In this document: positions 63,049 to 64,000 of the stretch, in pieces
Numbering within the stretch: position 1 is the first letter of the stretch
Layout of the letters: each line of letters opens with the position of its first letter
Assembly (NCBI GenBank): GCA_048013815.1
Contig: CM106586.1
Span: 19,840,001 to 19,904,000 of the forward strand
DNA length: 64,000 nt
Reading direction: 5' to 3'
From: Setoptus koraiensis
Taxonomy: Eukaryota > Animalia > Arthropoda
Program-made: the position numbers and the translations under genes
The notes under the pieces: generated by a model
Seen by the model: only the letters and a program-made list of their open reading frames with translations
The model's database searches: none
Told to the model about the DNA's origin: nothing

Positions 63049-63478
63049 TCAGTTGATTTCCGGCACCCACAGGCGACTCGTGACCAGTCCGATGCTGTCG
63101 TGCGGGTGCGGGTGCTGTTGCGCTGACGCGCACGAGCGCGACCACGACAACGAGTGTATTATCTCCAACGTGGCGCCCTCAAGCTCGCCAGTCTGGCTGG
63201 TCGCGTATCCCACCACAGTGACCATTTTTGTGCTTGCGGCGCCTTGCCAACTGCAGTCCATTGCGACTGGCACATTGGGGCGATTCTGATTGGCCGCTGG
63301 CTGCTTTTTTCCCGTGCAATGGCCCGACGACCATTTGTCGGCGCCCCATTGCTGCTTGTGGCCCGTGTTGGTCGCGCGATATTGGCTGGCCAGGTGGCGC
63401 TTGCTGCTGAATGGCGCGCTGCCCGTCAGTGAGCCCGTCAAATCTAGCTGTCCTGGCTGCTGCTTCCGGTTCTGGCTA

Positions 63479-63510
<32 letters not shown>

Positions 63511-64000
63511 AGTTGTTGCGCTGCCCGCTGGCTGCTTGCTGGCGCCCTGCTGCTGGTGCTCCGGGCAACCGCAGCTGACCGGCTGGCTCAATTGTTGCGA
63601 CAGTGTCTGTATGTAATCGATGGCGCAGCGCAACGTGTCCACTTTCGATAGCTTGCGCTCGTGCGGCAGCACGGGAATCCGGTAGCGGAGCGTCTGCGGT
63701 GCACATCATTTCCGGTCGCACAAGATACGCGATAATTGACATGATTTGTTAAGTTGATATGATAAGTTAATATTGTTGATTATATTATTAATTGTTAATG
63801 TTGTATGATTTGCATAATAATTACATAATTACTATGCATGAACTGCTAGCGACGCTGCCGGCGATTACATAATCATATTGTTATACTGACCTCGAAGCCG
63901 CGATTTATGGATTGCATGCGGCGCCGTTCGCGCAAATTTGCCAATTTCCTGTGATAGACCTTTATGCTGTGTATGGAGTCGCAGCTAGCGGCGTATTGTC
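63049..64000 (-). CDS. PTF1A: PTF1a/Fer1 (48-related) bHLH transcription factor, 5'-partial
   Basis: join(63891->64000, 63049-63693), with a phase-0 GT-AG intron at 63694-63890. bHLH: RKLANLRERRRMQSINRGFE|TLRYRIPVLPHERKLSKVDTLRCAIDYIQTL. The C-terminal HSLSW and LWVPE motifs are diagnostic of PTF1a. The frame is open to the window edge. Confidence 0.88.

Overview
Eukaryotic (animal) genomic DNA. It is probably from an arthropod, most likely a mite: this is an inference from the poly-Glu-tailed troponin T, a chelicerate-style cuticle peptide and many intronless genes. No prokaryotic features, CRISPR arrays, tRNA/rRNA genes or transposase ORFs were seen. Supported protein-coding genes, in order: PEX13 (-, intronless); a roughly 25 kb stretch rich in microsatellites and short tandem duplications with no recognisable gene; a giant single-exon 2322-aa EVH1/WH1 + CRIB protein (+); a secreted Gly/Ala/Ser repeat protein (-); a prosaposin-like gene (-, 3 exons); a 66-aa two-exon cuticle peptide missed by the ORF track (-); a Yorkie/YAP-like TEAD-binding protein lacking WW domains (-); Bicaudal-C (-, 3 exons); phosphorylase kinase gamma (-, intronless); an orphan signal-anchored acidic protein (+); troponin T (-, 6 exons); and the 3' part of a PTF1a/Fer1 bHLH gene (-, runs off the window edge). 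Exon boundaries were derived by hand from GT/AG sites and checked for phase continuity. Most short ORFs in the supplied track are shadows of low-complexity repeats. The most interesting items are the WW-less, Warts-site-less Yorkie-like gene, the silk-like Gly/Ala protein, the WASP-like module with no VCA tail, a ~137-nt rod-like hairpin and a perfect 44-bp palindrome.
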